This document shows positions 49,061 through 57,892 of a stretch of 64,000 nt of DNA, one piece after another (position 1 is the stretch's first letter; each line of letters begins with the position of its first letter). Under the pieces are notes generated by a model, which saw only the letters and a list, made by a program, of their open reading frames with translations, searched no databases and was not told the origin of the DNA. The DNA comes from Candidatus Woesearchaeota archaeon (GTDB taxonomy: Archaea; Nanobdellota; Nanobdellia; Woesearchaeales; UBA583): positions 5,183-69,182 of the forward strand of contig JBLKOJ010000004.1 in the NCBI GenBank assembly GCA_047602745.1, given 5' to 3'. A program made the translations under genes and the position numbers.

Positions 49061-49068
49061 TTTATAAA
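49061..49068 (+). promoter_or_regulatory. TATA box (TTTATAAA) of the rpl1-rplP0-rpl12 operon
   Basis: ~122 nt upstream of ATG 49190, implying a ~95-nt leader. Confidence 0.4.
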
Positions 49069-49189
49069 CATTTGGTAATTTGTATAAGTAACGCATTATC
49101 TTCGCGTTAGACTATACCTATTATCATTTAATAGCTATAGAAGAAGTTTATATTAAATTATAAAATTTTATTACTAAAATTATTCAAAA

Positions 49190-49840
49190 ATGAATACTAA
49201 AAATGTTGTTGAAAAAATTAAAGAATTAAGAGAGTTGACTCCAAAAAGAAAGTTCACACAATCTCTTGATTTAATTGTTAATCTGCAACAAATTGATTTG
49301 AAAAAACCAGAACATAAAGTTGATATTGGAATTACACTTACAACTCCTATTAAATCAAAACCTCTTAAAATTTGTGCAATTGTTGATAAAACAATGAAAC
49401 AAGCTGAAGATGTATTTGATCATGTATTATATGGTGATGATATGGTTTCTATGAAAGGAGATATGAAAAAAATTCGTTCTATTACACACAAATTTGATAA
49501 GTTTGTTGTGCAATCAAGTTTTATGCCTCAATTCGCTCAAGTATTTGGACGATTTTTAGGCCCGATGAATAAAATGCCTTCTCCGAAGTTAGGAATGGTT
49601 CTTACAGATAAAACTCCCCTTCAACCACTATATAATAAATTACAACATACTGTACATTTACAAACTCGTAAAAATCTGGTTCTTCAATCATCAATTGGAG
49701 CAGAAAATGAGAGTGATGAAGAACTAGCTGAGAAAATAGTTCAAATTCACCAAGCTCTAGTTCAACATTTGGTGAATAGAGAAAATAACATTAATAATAT
49801 AGGAATTAAATTTACGATGGGTAAATTGGTGGTGTTATAA
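49190..49840 (+). CDS. rpl1: 50S ribosomal protein L1 (uL1)
   Basis: 216 aa. FTQSLDLIVNL..., typical uL1 layout and operon position. Confidence 0.9.
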   Translation: MNTKNVVEKIKELRELTPKRKFTQSLDLIVNLQQIDLKKPEHKVDIGITLTTPIKSKPLKICAIVDKTMKQAEDVFDHVLYGDDMVSMKGDMKKIRSITHKFDKFVVQSSFMPQFAQVFGRFLGPMNKMPSPKLGMVLTDKTPLQPLYNKLQHTVHLQTRKNLVLQSSIGAENESDEELAEKIVQIHQALVQHLVNRENNINNIGIKFTMGKLVVL

Positions 49841-49842
49841 AA

Positions 49843-50853
49843 ATGGAACTTGAAAATTATAATCCTAAAATTAATGCAAGAAATCAAGATTTTGCAAAAA
49901 GAATTAGATATCTTGCACAAAAATACTCAATTATTGGTATTTTAGATGTTGAAGGACTTCCAGCACCACAGTTCCAAAGAATTAGAGCATCAATTAAAAA
50001 AAATGCACAAGTTCTAATTGTTAAGAAGAATTTAATTTCATTAGTTTGTTCAGAACTTGAATCAAAGTTTCCAACAATTAGTGGATTAAATAATTATTCA
50101 AACGGAGTAGTAGGATTAATTTTTACAAATTCAAACCCGTTTACTATGTTTAAAACAGTGCAAAAAAATAAATCTTCAGCCCCTGCAAAAGCGGGTTCAA
50201 TAGCACCAAAAGATATTGTAGTTCCAGCGGGTCCAACTGGATTTGCACCCGGTCCTATTATTGGTGAGTTGGGAGCTATGAAAATTAAAGCAGGAATTAA
50301 TGCTGGTAAAGTTGAGATTAAAGAAGATGCAATTGTTGCAAAAGAAGGAGATGAGATTTCAGCTAAACTTGCAGAAATTTTAACTCGTTTAGGAATTGAG
50401 CCTATGGAAGTTGGTTTAAATATTAAAGCAATTTACGAAGAGGGTACTATTTATAACAGAGGTATTTTAGAAGTTGATGAAGAAGCAATTTTAGCCGATC
50501 TTAAAGAAGAAGCTTCAAGAGCGTACTTTTTATCAATTGGTCTTGAATACTATACAAGTGAAAATATAGAATACTTTGTTGGTAAATCAGCTAGAGACTC
50601 ATTAGGTTTAGGGATAAGTGTTGCATATCCAGCAGCTGAGACAATTAATCAGTTACTTGGAAAAGCAAATTCACAAATGGTAGGAGTAGCATCAACTCTG
50701 CCTAGTGAGCTACAACCTGCTGGTTTAGTTGTTGCACAACAACCAGTTGCTTCTCAAGCAAATGAAGGAACAAATCAATCTTCTTCTACTTCGCAAGAAG
50801 CACCAAAAGAAGAAGAAAAAGACACCTCAGCAGGACTTGCTGATTTGTTTTAA
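49843..50853 (+). CDS. rplP0: 50S ribosomal protein L10 / acidic protein P0 (uL10)
   Basis: 336 aa. Ends with the stalk tail EEEKDTSAGLADLF. Confidence 0.9.
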   Translation: MELENYNPKINARNQDFAKRIRYLAQKYSIIGILDVEGLPAPQFQRIRASIKKNAQVLIVKKNLISLVCSELESKFPTISGLNNYSNGVVGLIFTNSNPFTMFKTVQKNKSSAPAKAGSIAPKDIVVPAGPTGFAPGPIIGELGAMKIKAGINAGKVEIKEDAIVAKEGDEISAKLAEILTRLGIEPMEVGLNIKAIYEEGTIYNRGILEVDEEAILADLKEEASRAYFLSIGLEYYTSENIEYFVGKSARDSLGLGISVAYPAAETINQLLGKANSQMVGVASTLPSELQPAGLVVAQQPVASQANEGTNQSSSTSQEAPKEEEKDTSAGLADLF

Positions 50854-50901
50854 ATGTAATAAAATACATTTATAAAATTATACATGTTATATTAATTAAA
50901 A

Positions 50902-51204
50902 ATGGAATATATTTATGCAGTTATGCTTTTAAATAAAGCGGGAAAAGATGTTACAGAAGAAAATATTACGGCAGTTCTTAAAGCTGCTGGAGTTGAAGTA
51001 GACTTAGCTAAAGCAAAGTCATTAGTTGCAGCTCTTGATGGAGTAGATATTGAAGAAGTTATTGCGAACTCAGCTGTTGCAGCCCCTGTAACTACAGCTG
51101 GTGCAGTAGCTGCTGCTCCTGCTACTCAAGAAGTAGCAAAAGAAGAAAAAAAAGAAGAGAAACCAGCTGTTGATGCAGCAGCAGGACTAGGAGATTTGTT
51201 TTAA
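50902..51204 (+). CDS. rpl12: 50S ribosomal stalk protein P1 (L12)
   Basis: [22 protein letters not shown]..., Ala-rich hinge, tail [16 protein letters not shown]. Confidence 0.9.
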   Translation: MEYIYAVMLLNKAGKDVTEENITAVLKAAGVEVDLAKAKSLVAALDGVDIEEVIANSAVAAPVTTAGAVAAAPATQEVAKEEKKEEKPAVDAAAGLGDLF

Positions 51205-51292
51205 ATTTCCTACATAATTTAAACCTAAAAGTTATATTATTTTTATCAAGTTAGCTTTCTTAAAAAAAGATACATTACATAATAGATTAAAA

Positions 51293-52267
51293 ATGGAAAA
51301 AAAGGCAATTCACGAAGAATTGATTTCAGTTCAAAATAAAATCAAAGATTTAAAAAAGGATTTTTTTGAAAAGAAGAAAATTAAAGAAGAATTTTTCACA
51401 GCTGGTGAAGAATTTAGTGAACAAATTAATTCTCTATACGAAGAAGTTAAACAAATAGAAGCAGAGAATAATTTGGATGAGATTAACTTAGAATTAGAAA
51501 ATCATAAAAAAGAGTATGAAGAAGTTAAAACTCAATATGAAAATCTTAAACAAGTATTTGAAGAAACTCTTGATAAAGTTAAATCAAAAAAAAAAACTTC
51601 AAGGCCCAATGATACTACTAATTCTGCAGGAGACTTAAAAGTTAGAAGAATTTCTCCTCAGAAAGCTCAAAAACAACTTGAAGCGCTAGAACATAAAGTT
51701 CAAACTCAAGTATTAAGCTTAGATAAAGAGGCTGAAATTTCAAAAGAAATTAGTGAATTAAAAGAAGTAGCAAGTGCTGCTCTAAAAAAAGAGAATAAAA
51801 CTACTACACTTCCTCAAAAAATTGAAGGAGATAATTCTCTTGAATCTCAAGAATTCAAGTCTATTAAAAAAGAATACTATGATATTCGTAAAAAATATAA
51901 TTCAATTGAAAAAAAGATAAGATTTTTGTATAAACAAATTAGGCTTATTAGTAAAGATAAGAAACAAAAATATAAAGAAATTGATAAGTTAAGAGATAAT
52001 AAGAAACAAGCATTTGAAGAATTTAGAGAACATAAAAAGACATATGTAGAATTAAGTAAAAATTTAAAAAATTTATTTAAAGAAGAGGAAAGAATTCTTG
52101 AAGAACTTGGAGAAGATGCTCCTTCTAAAAAAAAAAGAAAAAAAATGTCTAGTAAAACAAACTCTTTTGATAATTCTAAAAAACAGAAAAAATTTGAAGA
52201 CCAATTAATGAAAAAAGGAATGACTCTTACAACTGAAGATTTACTTTCTTTTCAAAAAAGAAATTAA
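51293..52267 (+). CDS. Lys/Glu-rich coiled-coil protein (archaeal COG1340-like impression)
   Basis: 324 aa, almost entirely heptad-like charged sequence. Confidence 0.45.
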   Translation: MEKKAIHEELISVQNKIKDLKKDFFEKKKIKEEFFTAGEEFSEQINSLYEEVKQIEAENNLDEINLELENHKKEYEEVKTQYENLKQVFEETLDKVKSKKKTSRPNDTTNSAGDLKVRRISPQKAQKQLEALEHKVQTQVLSLDKEAEISKEISELKEVASAALKKENKTTTLPQKIEGDNSLESQEFKSIKKEYYDIRKKYNSIEKKIRFLYKQIRLISKDKKQKYKEIDKLRDNKKQAFEEFREHKKTYVELSKNLKNLFKEEERILEELGEDAPSKKKRKKMSSKTNSFDNSKKQKKFEDQLMKKGMTLTTEDLLSFQKRN

Positions 52268-52538
52268 TCTTTTAAAATTTGAAAATTAAATATTATAGAT
52301 TATTTAAAATTTATTTATACATTAAATATTTGTTAATTTTTTTTAGTTTTTTTAATTTAGAAGTTATCAAATCAAAAGTTATTTCAATTTTTGTTTCTTA
52401 TGGAATAATTGAATAAATGAGGTATTTTATTTTTATAACTTTGCAATTAAAATTTAATTTATTTTCTAAGAATGAATTATTAAAGATAAATATATTAAAA
52501 TACCAATCTTAATAAATAATTAAAAATTAATACTAGAT

Positions 52539-53600
52539 ATGATTGTTCTTGGAATCGAATGTACTGCACATACTTTTGGTGTTGGAATTATTAAAAGTGA
52601 TTCTAAAGAAGTGTTGGTTAATTTGAAAAATATATACTCATCTCAAAATTCTGGAATGGATCCTCGTGAACTTACTAAATATCATGTAATTAATTTTAAT
52701 TCTACTCTTAAAGAAGCATTTGATGAATTTAAAAAACTTAAATTTTCTATAAAAAAAATTGATTTAATTGCATTTTCTCAAGGACCAGGGCTTGGAAATT
52801 CTCTAAAGGTTGGTTGTTTAGTTGCAAAAACTTTGAGTAAAAAACTTAAAATTCCTCTTATAGGAGTAAATCATATTCAATCACATTATGAAATAGGAAA
52901 AATGATTAGTGGATTTGAAAATCCACTTTTTGTAAATATTACTGGAGTTAATTCTCAAGTAGCAGGAGTGAATAAAGAAGGTATTTATGTAGTGTATGGA
53001 GAAACTGAAGATTTAGGTCTTGGAAATTGTCTAGATGCTTGTGCAAGAATTATGGGCCTAGGATTTCCTGGCGGGCCTATTATTGATAATTATGCACAGT
53101 TTGGAAAAGAATTTTTTGACATCCCTTATACTGTTAAAGGAATGAATGTGGCATTTTCAGGAGTCGTAAATTTTGTAAAACAGCGAATGAAAGAATTTGA
53201 AACTAAAGATGGGCTTGTTAAACTTTCAAAAGATAAAAATAAACACTATGACTCAAAGGAGCAATTAATATATGACTTATCTTATTCATTAGTAGAAAAT
53301 TGCTTTGCGATGATTCAGGAAGTAGCTAAAAGGGCATTATGTTATACAGGTCAAAAAGAACTTGTACTCGTGGGAGGGGTTGCCTCATCAAAAAGATTTT
53401 GTGAGATGACAACACTAATGTGTAAGAGTATTGGAGTTAAGTATACAACAACTCCTCTTGCTTTGTGCATGGATAATGGTGCGATGATTGCTTGGCTTGG
53501 TTATTTAAGAGCAAATAATGCATCAACTGATATATCATATTCACAACCTAAACCATATATTACAGTTGAGGAAGAGCCCTTTGTAAAATATAGACACTAA
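52539..53600 (+). CDS. kae1: tRNA N6-adenosine threonylcarbamoyltransferase Kae1 (no Bud32 fusion)
   Basis: VLGIECTAHTFGVGI, AFSQGPGLGNSL, GVNHIQSH, LVGGVASS. Confidence 0.88.
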   Translation: MIVLGIECTAHTFGVGIIKSDSKEVLVNLKNIYSSQNSGMDPRELTKYHVINFNSTLKEAFDEFKKLKFSIKKIDLIAFSQGPGLGNSLKVGCLVAKTLSKKLKIPLIGVNHIQSHYEIGKMISGFENPLFVNITGVNSQVAGVNKEGIYVVYGETEDLGLGNCLDACARIMGLGFPGGPIIDNYAQFGKEFFDIPYTVKGMNVAFSGVVNFVKQRMKEFETKDGLVKLSKDKNKHYDSKEQLIYDLSYSLVENCFAMIQEVAKRALCYTGQKELVLVGGVASSKRFCEMTTLMCKSIGVKYTTTPLALCMDNGAMIAWLGYLRANNASTDISYSQPKPYITVEEEPFVKYRH

Positions 53601-53823
53601 AAATAATTTTTTAGATTAAAACTATCTTTTTTGATAAAAATGTTATTTTATAATAATATTACAATATATTAAAAATAATATTAAATATATTTTAATGTAT
53701 GAGAAAAAAAATTCAAAGATACTTAATTTTTGTAAGTGTAAGTAGCATAATTTGGATTTTCTTAGCAATAATAATTTACAACAGAGTAATTGTTTGAAAG
53801 TATTAAATGTATCATATAGAAAA

Positions 53824-54471
53824 ATGGAGTCGAAAAAAAAAATTGCAATTATCATGCTTGGTGCACCAGGTTCGGGAAAAGGAACTCAGGGTAAATTACT
53901 TGAAAATAAAACAGGATTTAAAAGATATGTGATGAGTGATTTAATTAAAAAAGAACTCACTCCTGGAACTGATTTACATAAAAAAGTATTTAAAGAGGGT
54001 ATTTTATTAAGTGACTCTCACATTTTTAAAATTTTCAGATCAAACTTCAAATCAGAAAATGATATTATATTAGATGGAACTCCTAGAACATTAGATCAAG
54101 CATATTGGCTATATGGTTTTTTAAAAAATCATCATTATACAATTAAGCTTATTTTTCTTAATGTTGATGAATCACAACTTATTTCAAGAATAACCTCTAG
54201 ATACTACTGTCCTAATTGTCATACTTTATATAATACACATATAAAAAATTTAATGCCTAAACAAGAAGGGACTTGTGATAAAGACGGAGAAATTCTTATT
54301 CAAAGAGATGACGACACACCCGAAGTGTTTAAAGAAAGATTAGAAATCTTTAATCAAGTCAAAGAAGTAATCTTAAATGTTTATAAAGCTGAAATTTTAG
54401 AAGTAAATGGAGATGAAGATATAGATACCGTTTCTAAAGAAATAATTAGAAAAATAATTCTGCATAGATAA
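53824..54471 (+). CDS. adk: Adenylate kinase, bacterial long type with Zn-lid
   Basis: P-loop GAPGSGKGTQ, lid CPNC...CDKDG..QRDDD. Track start 53752 adds an implausible 24-aa extension. Confidence 0.88.
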   Translation: MESKKKIAIIMLGAPGSGKGTQGKLLENKTGFKRYVMSDLIKKELTPGTDLHKKVFKEGILLSDSHIFKIFRSNFKSENDIILDGTPRTLDQAYWLYGFLKNHHYTIKLIFLNVDESQLISRITSRYYCPNCHTLYNTHIKNLMPKQEGTCDKDGEILIQRDDDTPEVFKERLEIFNQVKEVILNVYKAEILEVNGDEDIDTVSKEIIRKIILHR

Positions 54472-54543
54472 TTTATTTCAAATATATAGACAATAATAAA
54501 TTTTCTTTTATTATCAAAATATTAATTTTAATTGAAAAATATT

Positions 54544-55155
54544 TCATGCAAATACAAATATAATTATATTTTCACTAACTTGAGGTATAAATACAGACAA
54601 TATTGTTAGAGCGATTCCTGCTATTAATAAAGGAATTAACAAGACCATCATTGATTGAGCAAATGAATATTTATATATTGTTGAAATGATATAAAACATA
54701 ATTACTAGAAAATATATCACAAATATTGTAAACAATAAAACTCCAAAAGCTATTGAAGCAGTAGTAATTACTGCAATTCCATATAAAATTGGAGCATAGG
54801 CAATTGCCGAATGAAATCCTGTTGAAAGTAAGGGTCTTACGTGATTTTTAGTATTTACAAGTTCGGCCATAAGACCAAATAACGAATAAATAGCATAAAC
54901 TATAATATTAAATGCAAATGGATACATTAATAATAACCCCATTAAAACAGGCATATTTAACAATCTATCTTCTACATATATTTGTCCACCCATGGCAACA
55001 ATTACTAAAAAGCACACTAAAACTACCATATAGTTGACAAAAAGAGTACTTAAAAAAATATCTTCTAGACTCTTTTCTTTTGAAACTCTTCTAATTACTT
55101 GCTTATCAAAGCTAAGTATCTTTAATCCATCAATTAACGCGTGTATAATATACAT
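54544..55155 (-). CDS. Multi-pass membrane protein (Yip1-domain-like impression)
   Basis: 203 aa, five hydrophobic helices after a short soluble N-terminus. Confidence 0.4.
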   Translation of the reverse strand: MYIIHALIDGLKILSFDKQVIRRVSKEKSLEDIFLSTLFVNYMVVLVCFLVIVAMGGQIYVEDRLLNMPVLMGLLLMYPFAFNIIVYAIYSLFGLMAELVNTKNHVRPLLSTGFHSAIAYAPILYGIAVITTASIAFGVLLFTIFVIYFLVIMFYIISTIYKYSFAQSMMVLLIPLLIAGIALTILSVFIPQVSENIIIFVFA

Positions 55156-55460
55156 AATTTATTAAAATTTATGTTATATAAAATATTTAGTTATTCTTAT
55201 AAAGTTATAAAAATTAAAAATTAATTAAATTGATTTAATTTTATGAGATCTTAAAATAATTTATTATGAATCTCATTATGATAGTATATACTACTTAACT
55301 AGTCAAATCTAAATTGTATACAAATTTAATAAAGATTTATTTTTAATTTTTTGTATATAATTCATTTTACTAACTATCTTATTTTTAGTTAATTTTAAAA
55401 TTTTTTTATCTTAACTGGATATTCTCAATAAAGTTCTATTCTTTTTATCTCAATTCTTGA

Positions 55461-55757
55461 AACTCCAACAGCAGAAATGCAGATAGGGTAGAATTGAGAT
55501 TTAATTTAATAAAAGAAGAAGTGGAAGAGTGTAGTAAAGGAGTTGAAAAAAAAGTAATAGAAAATATTACAAAAGAACTTTTTGACGTGTTATATTGCGT
55601 ATATGGAACAATATTAGAATACAGACCTCAAGATGTAATGGAGGAGATATTTTAAGAAGTACACAAATCTCAAATGAGTAAATAGTATTGAGATAAGAAG
55701 ATGATTAAGGGAGATGAATGTAGAGAAGCTGTTGTTTCAAAATTTTTTAAAAGATAA
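55461..55757 (+). pseudogene. MazG-like NTP pyrophosphohydrolase remnant with three in-frame stops and no start
   Basis: Own translation: ..ADRVELRFNLIKEEVEECSKG..ITKELFDVLYCVYGTILEYRPQDVMEEIF*EVHKSQMSK*Y*DKKMIKGD.. (TAA 55653, TAG 55683, TGA 55689). EExxE and ExxD motifs. Confidence 0.5.
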
Positions 55758-55788
55758 TTTTAAGAATTAAATTAAGAATGAGTCTAAT

Positions 55789-56061
55789 TTAGTCCTCTCT
55801 TTCTTTGTAAAGTGTAAATACAAACCCCTTTTTAGTTACAATTTGAGCATTAATTCTCATTGCAAGTTCTTGAGCTTGTTGAGTTAAAGAATCTGAATTA
55901 GTTGCAGCGTGAGATTTTATTTTTGCAAGTTCATATTTTTCAAAGTATATTTTTAATTCTTGAATAAATTCAGGAGTAATTCCATTTTTTCCAATGAAGA
56001 ATTGGGGTTTTAATGTTTCACTTGCTCTTCTAAGTTCTTTTTTATCTTGAGATGTTATCAT
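55789..56061 (-). CDS. CRM-domain RNA-binding protein (YhbY family)
   Basis: LRRASETLKPQFFIGKNGITPEFIQELKIYFEKYELAKIK, 90 aa. Confidence 0.75.
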   Translation of the reverse strand: MITSQDKKELRRASETLKPQFFIGKNGITPEFIQELKIYFEKYELAKIKSHAATNSDSLTQQAQELAMRINAQIVTKKGFVFTLYKERED

Positions 56062-56158
56062 AGTATATATAATATAGAGAGTTTTAAAAATGTAGTGGGG
56101 ATTTACTTAATAATTTAAACAAGAATTTATATTAATAAAAGTTTTATATCATAATTTA

Positions 56159-56887
56159 ATGTCAAAAGAGAATAAAGACAATATTAGAAAATATATCTTA
56201 ACAAATAAGGATTCTTATTCAAAGGAAGCCATAATTAATGAGTTGCTTCGTAGCGGACGTGACAGAGAAGAAGTTAATGAAGTCATTGAACAAGTATACA
56301 ATCTGAGTGATAATTTGAATTCAAATACTAAAAAAGGAAACTATAAGTGGTTAATAATTGTAATAGTAACGATTGTTTTATTGGTAGTTTCAATTCCTAT
56401 TATCATATTTTTAGTTGGAGTGTTTATGTTTTCTCAAGTTGATTTTGAGTCTTTACAACCTCAAATGCTAGAATTAAGTAATAATTTAAGAGCTGATATT
56501 GAGAATTCTATTGCTCTGAGTTCTAGTCAACAAATAGTAATTTCTTTTTATTATTATGGAGATAGAATGATTGAAATGCATCATAATTCTACAGAATCTT
56601 TTGAAACACAAGTATCAACTATAACTATTTTTGATGAAAAGTCTTACGAGGAGGTTTCTCAATGTTATGCAATTGAAGTAAAAAATATAGATACTCAAAT
56701 GGATTCTCTAACAACACAACCTATTACAATTATTGCTGGACAGCGAGTAGAGGTCAGATTTCAATGTGAATTAAATAAGTTTAGTTCAGATGATTTAATC
56801 ATCGGTAATGTAAGAATATTTTTTTTAAATTCTAGAACTGGAATCTTATCTACTAGTAATGGAAATATAAGAATTCGTTCAAATTAG
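56159..56887 (+). CDS. Membrane-anchored hypothetical protein
   Basis: Soluble N-domain, TM WLIIVIVTIVLLVVSIPIIIFLVGVFMF, ~150-aa beta-looking ectodomain. Confidence 0.4.
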   Translation: MSKENKDNIRKYILTNKDSYSKEAIINELLRSGRDREEVNEVIEQVYNLSDNLNSNTKKGNYKWLIIVIVTIVLLVVSIPIIIFLVGVFMFSQVDFESLQPQMLELSNNLRADIENSIALSSSQQIVISFYYYGDRMIEMHHNSTESFETQVSTITIFDEKSYEEVSQCYAIEVKNIDTQMDSLTTQPITIIAGQRVEVRFQCELNKFSSDDLIIGNVRIFFLNSRTGILSTSNGNIRIRSN

Positions 56888-57009
56888 AATTTTTGTATAA
56901 TTCAATTTTTCGATTATTTTTTACATTATTTAATTTTTAGTTATTACTCTTTATATTATATAATTTAGAATAAAAATATATTTATAAATTTTAAAGTGCA
57001 TTAATTAAT

Positions 57010-57399
57010 ATGGAACAAGATGTTTTTTTAAGTGAGTTATTTCTTTTAGCAAAGCAACTAGATTTAGATTTTGTTATATTATTTGGTTTAAGAGCTATAT
57101 CTCAATTTTCTCAAAATAGTGATTATGATATTGCATATTTCAAATCTCATCAGACAAGAGAAGAGAGAAAAAAAATCTATAATTCATTTCAAGAAATATT
57201 TAAAGATACTAAGTTTGATTGTGTAGATGTTTCACAAGATATTGAACCTTGATTATTATTTGATATATTCTACAAAGGGACAATTCTATATCTTAAAGAT
57301 AAAAAAATGTTTGATACATTTAAAGATAAAGTACTATTTTATTATCAAAATTCAAAGAGATTATTTGAATCATATAGAGAGCATCATTTGCAGTTTTGA
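57010..57399 (+). pseudogene. Minimal nucleotidyltransferase (MNT antitoxin-like) with in-frame TGA at 57250-57252
   Basis: ILFGLRAISQFSQNSDYDIAY (GS..DxD-like). The frame continues after TGA as LLFDIFYKGTILYLKDKK...REHHLQF* and ends in a TTGA overlap with the next ORF. Confidence 0.55.
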
Positions 57400-57677
57400 G
57401 TAAATTTATTGAAGAGATAATTGAAATATTGGTTATTATTAATAATGAATTGTTAAAAGTAAAAAGAGAATTTTCAGGAACGAGTCATTTTTTATTTAAG
57501 GAAATAATTTTAACATATAAATTAAAACTAAGAGAAACACTATTTGAGAAATATGCAGCATATACACGAGTTAGAAATATTGTAGTTTATGAATATGCAA
57601 CACATGTGGAGGAGAGTAATTTGAAGATTTTAAAGAGTTCTTATGTTAGTATTTTTAATATCTTGAAATTATTTTAG
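57396..57677 (+). CDS. DUF86/HEPN-like partner of the MNT, motif degenerate
   Basis: TTG start overlapping the MNT stop. TRVRNIVVYEY where DUF86 has RNxxxHxY (His replaced by Tyr), only 93 aa. Confidence 0.4.
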   Translation: MSKFIEEIIEILVIINNELLKVKREFSGTSHFLFKEIILTYKLKLRETLFEKYAAYTRVRNIVVYEYATHVEESNLKILKSSYVSIFNILKLF

Positions 57678-57892
57678 AAATAATTAAATAAATATTTTAA
57701 CTTTTATAATATACTTTTGAGTTTAGTTCTATTTATTTCACTACAAAGTTTTATAAATATATTAATCATACTTTATAATTAGAATACGTTTAAGATGCGT
57801 TTTTATTTTTTATAGTTGGTCTCTAGAAATAGGAAAAAGCATATAGCTAATTTTAGTTCGCATTTTAAAGTATTGATTTTAAACGTTGAAAA

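Noticed and set aside
39057-55256. Motif atgagatct seen in three intergenic regions (about 39057, 40336 and 55246), the last forming an inverted repeat with atctcat 20 nt downstream
   Set aside because: A rough composition-based expectation is about one occurrence per window and I did not scan exhaustively. The flanks are low-complexity AT, so this is not distinguishable from chance without a genome-wide count.
10001-57399. Stop-codon reassignment or programmed readthrough as an explanation for the in-frame stops in res, MNT and the MazG-like frame
   Set aside because: All three stop codons (TAA, TAG, TGA) occur in frame, so no single reassignment explains them. Conserved genes terminate at the expected lengths with the same codons: tuf with TAG, rps10 and mutS with TAA, the 2OG oxygenase with TGA. 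Nonsense decay is the simpler reading.
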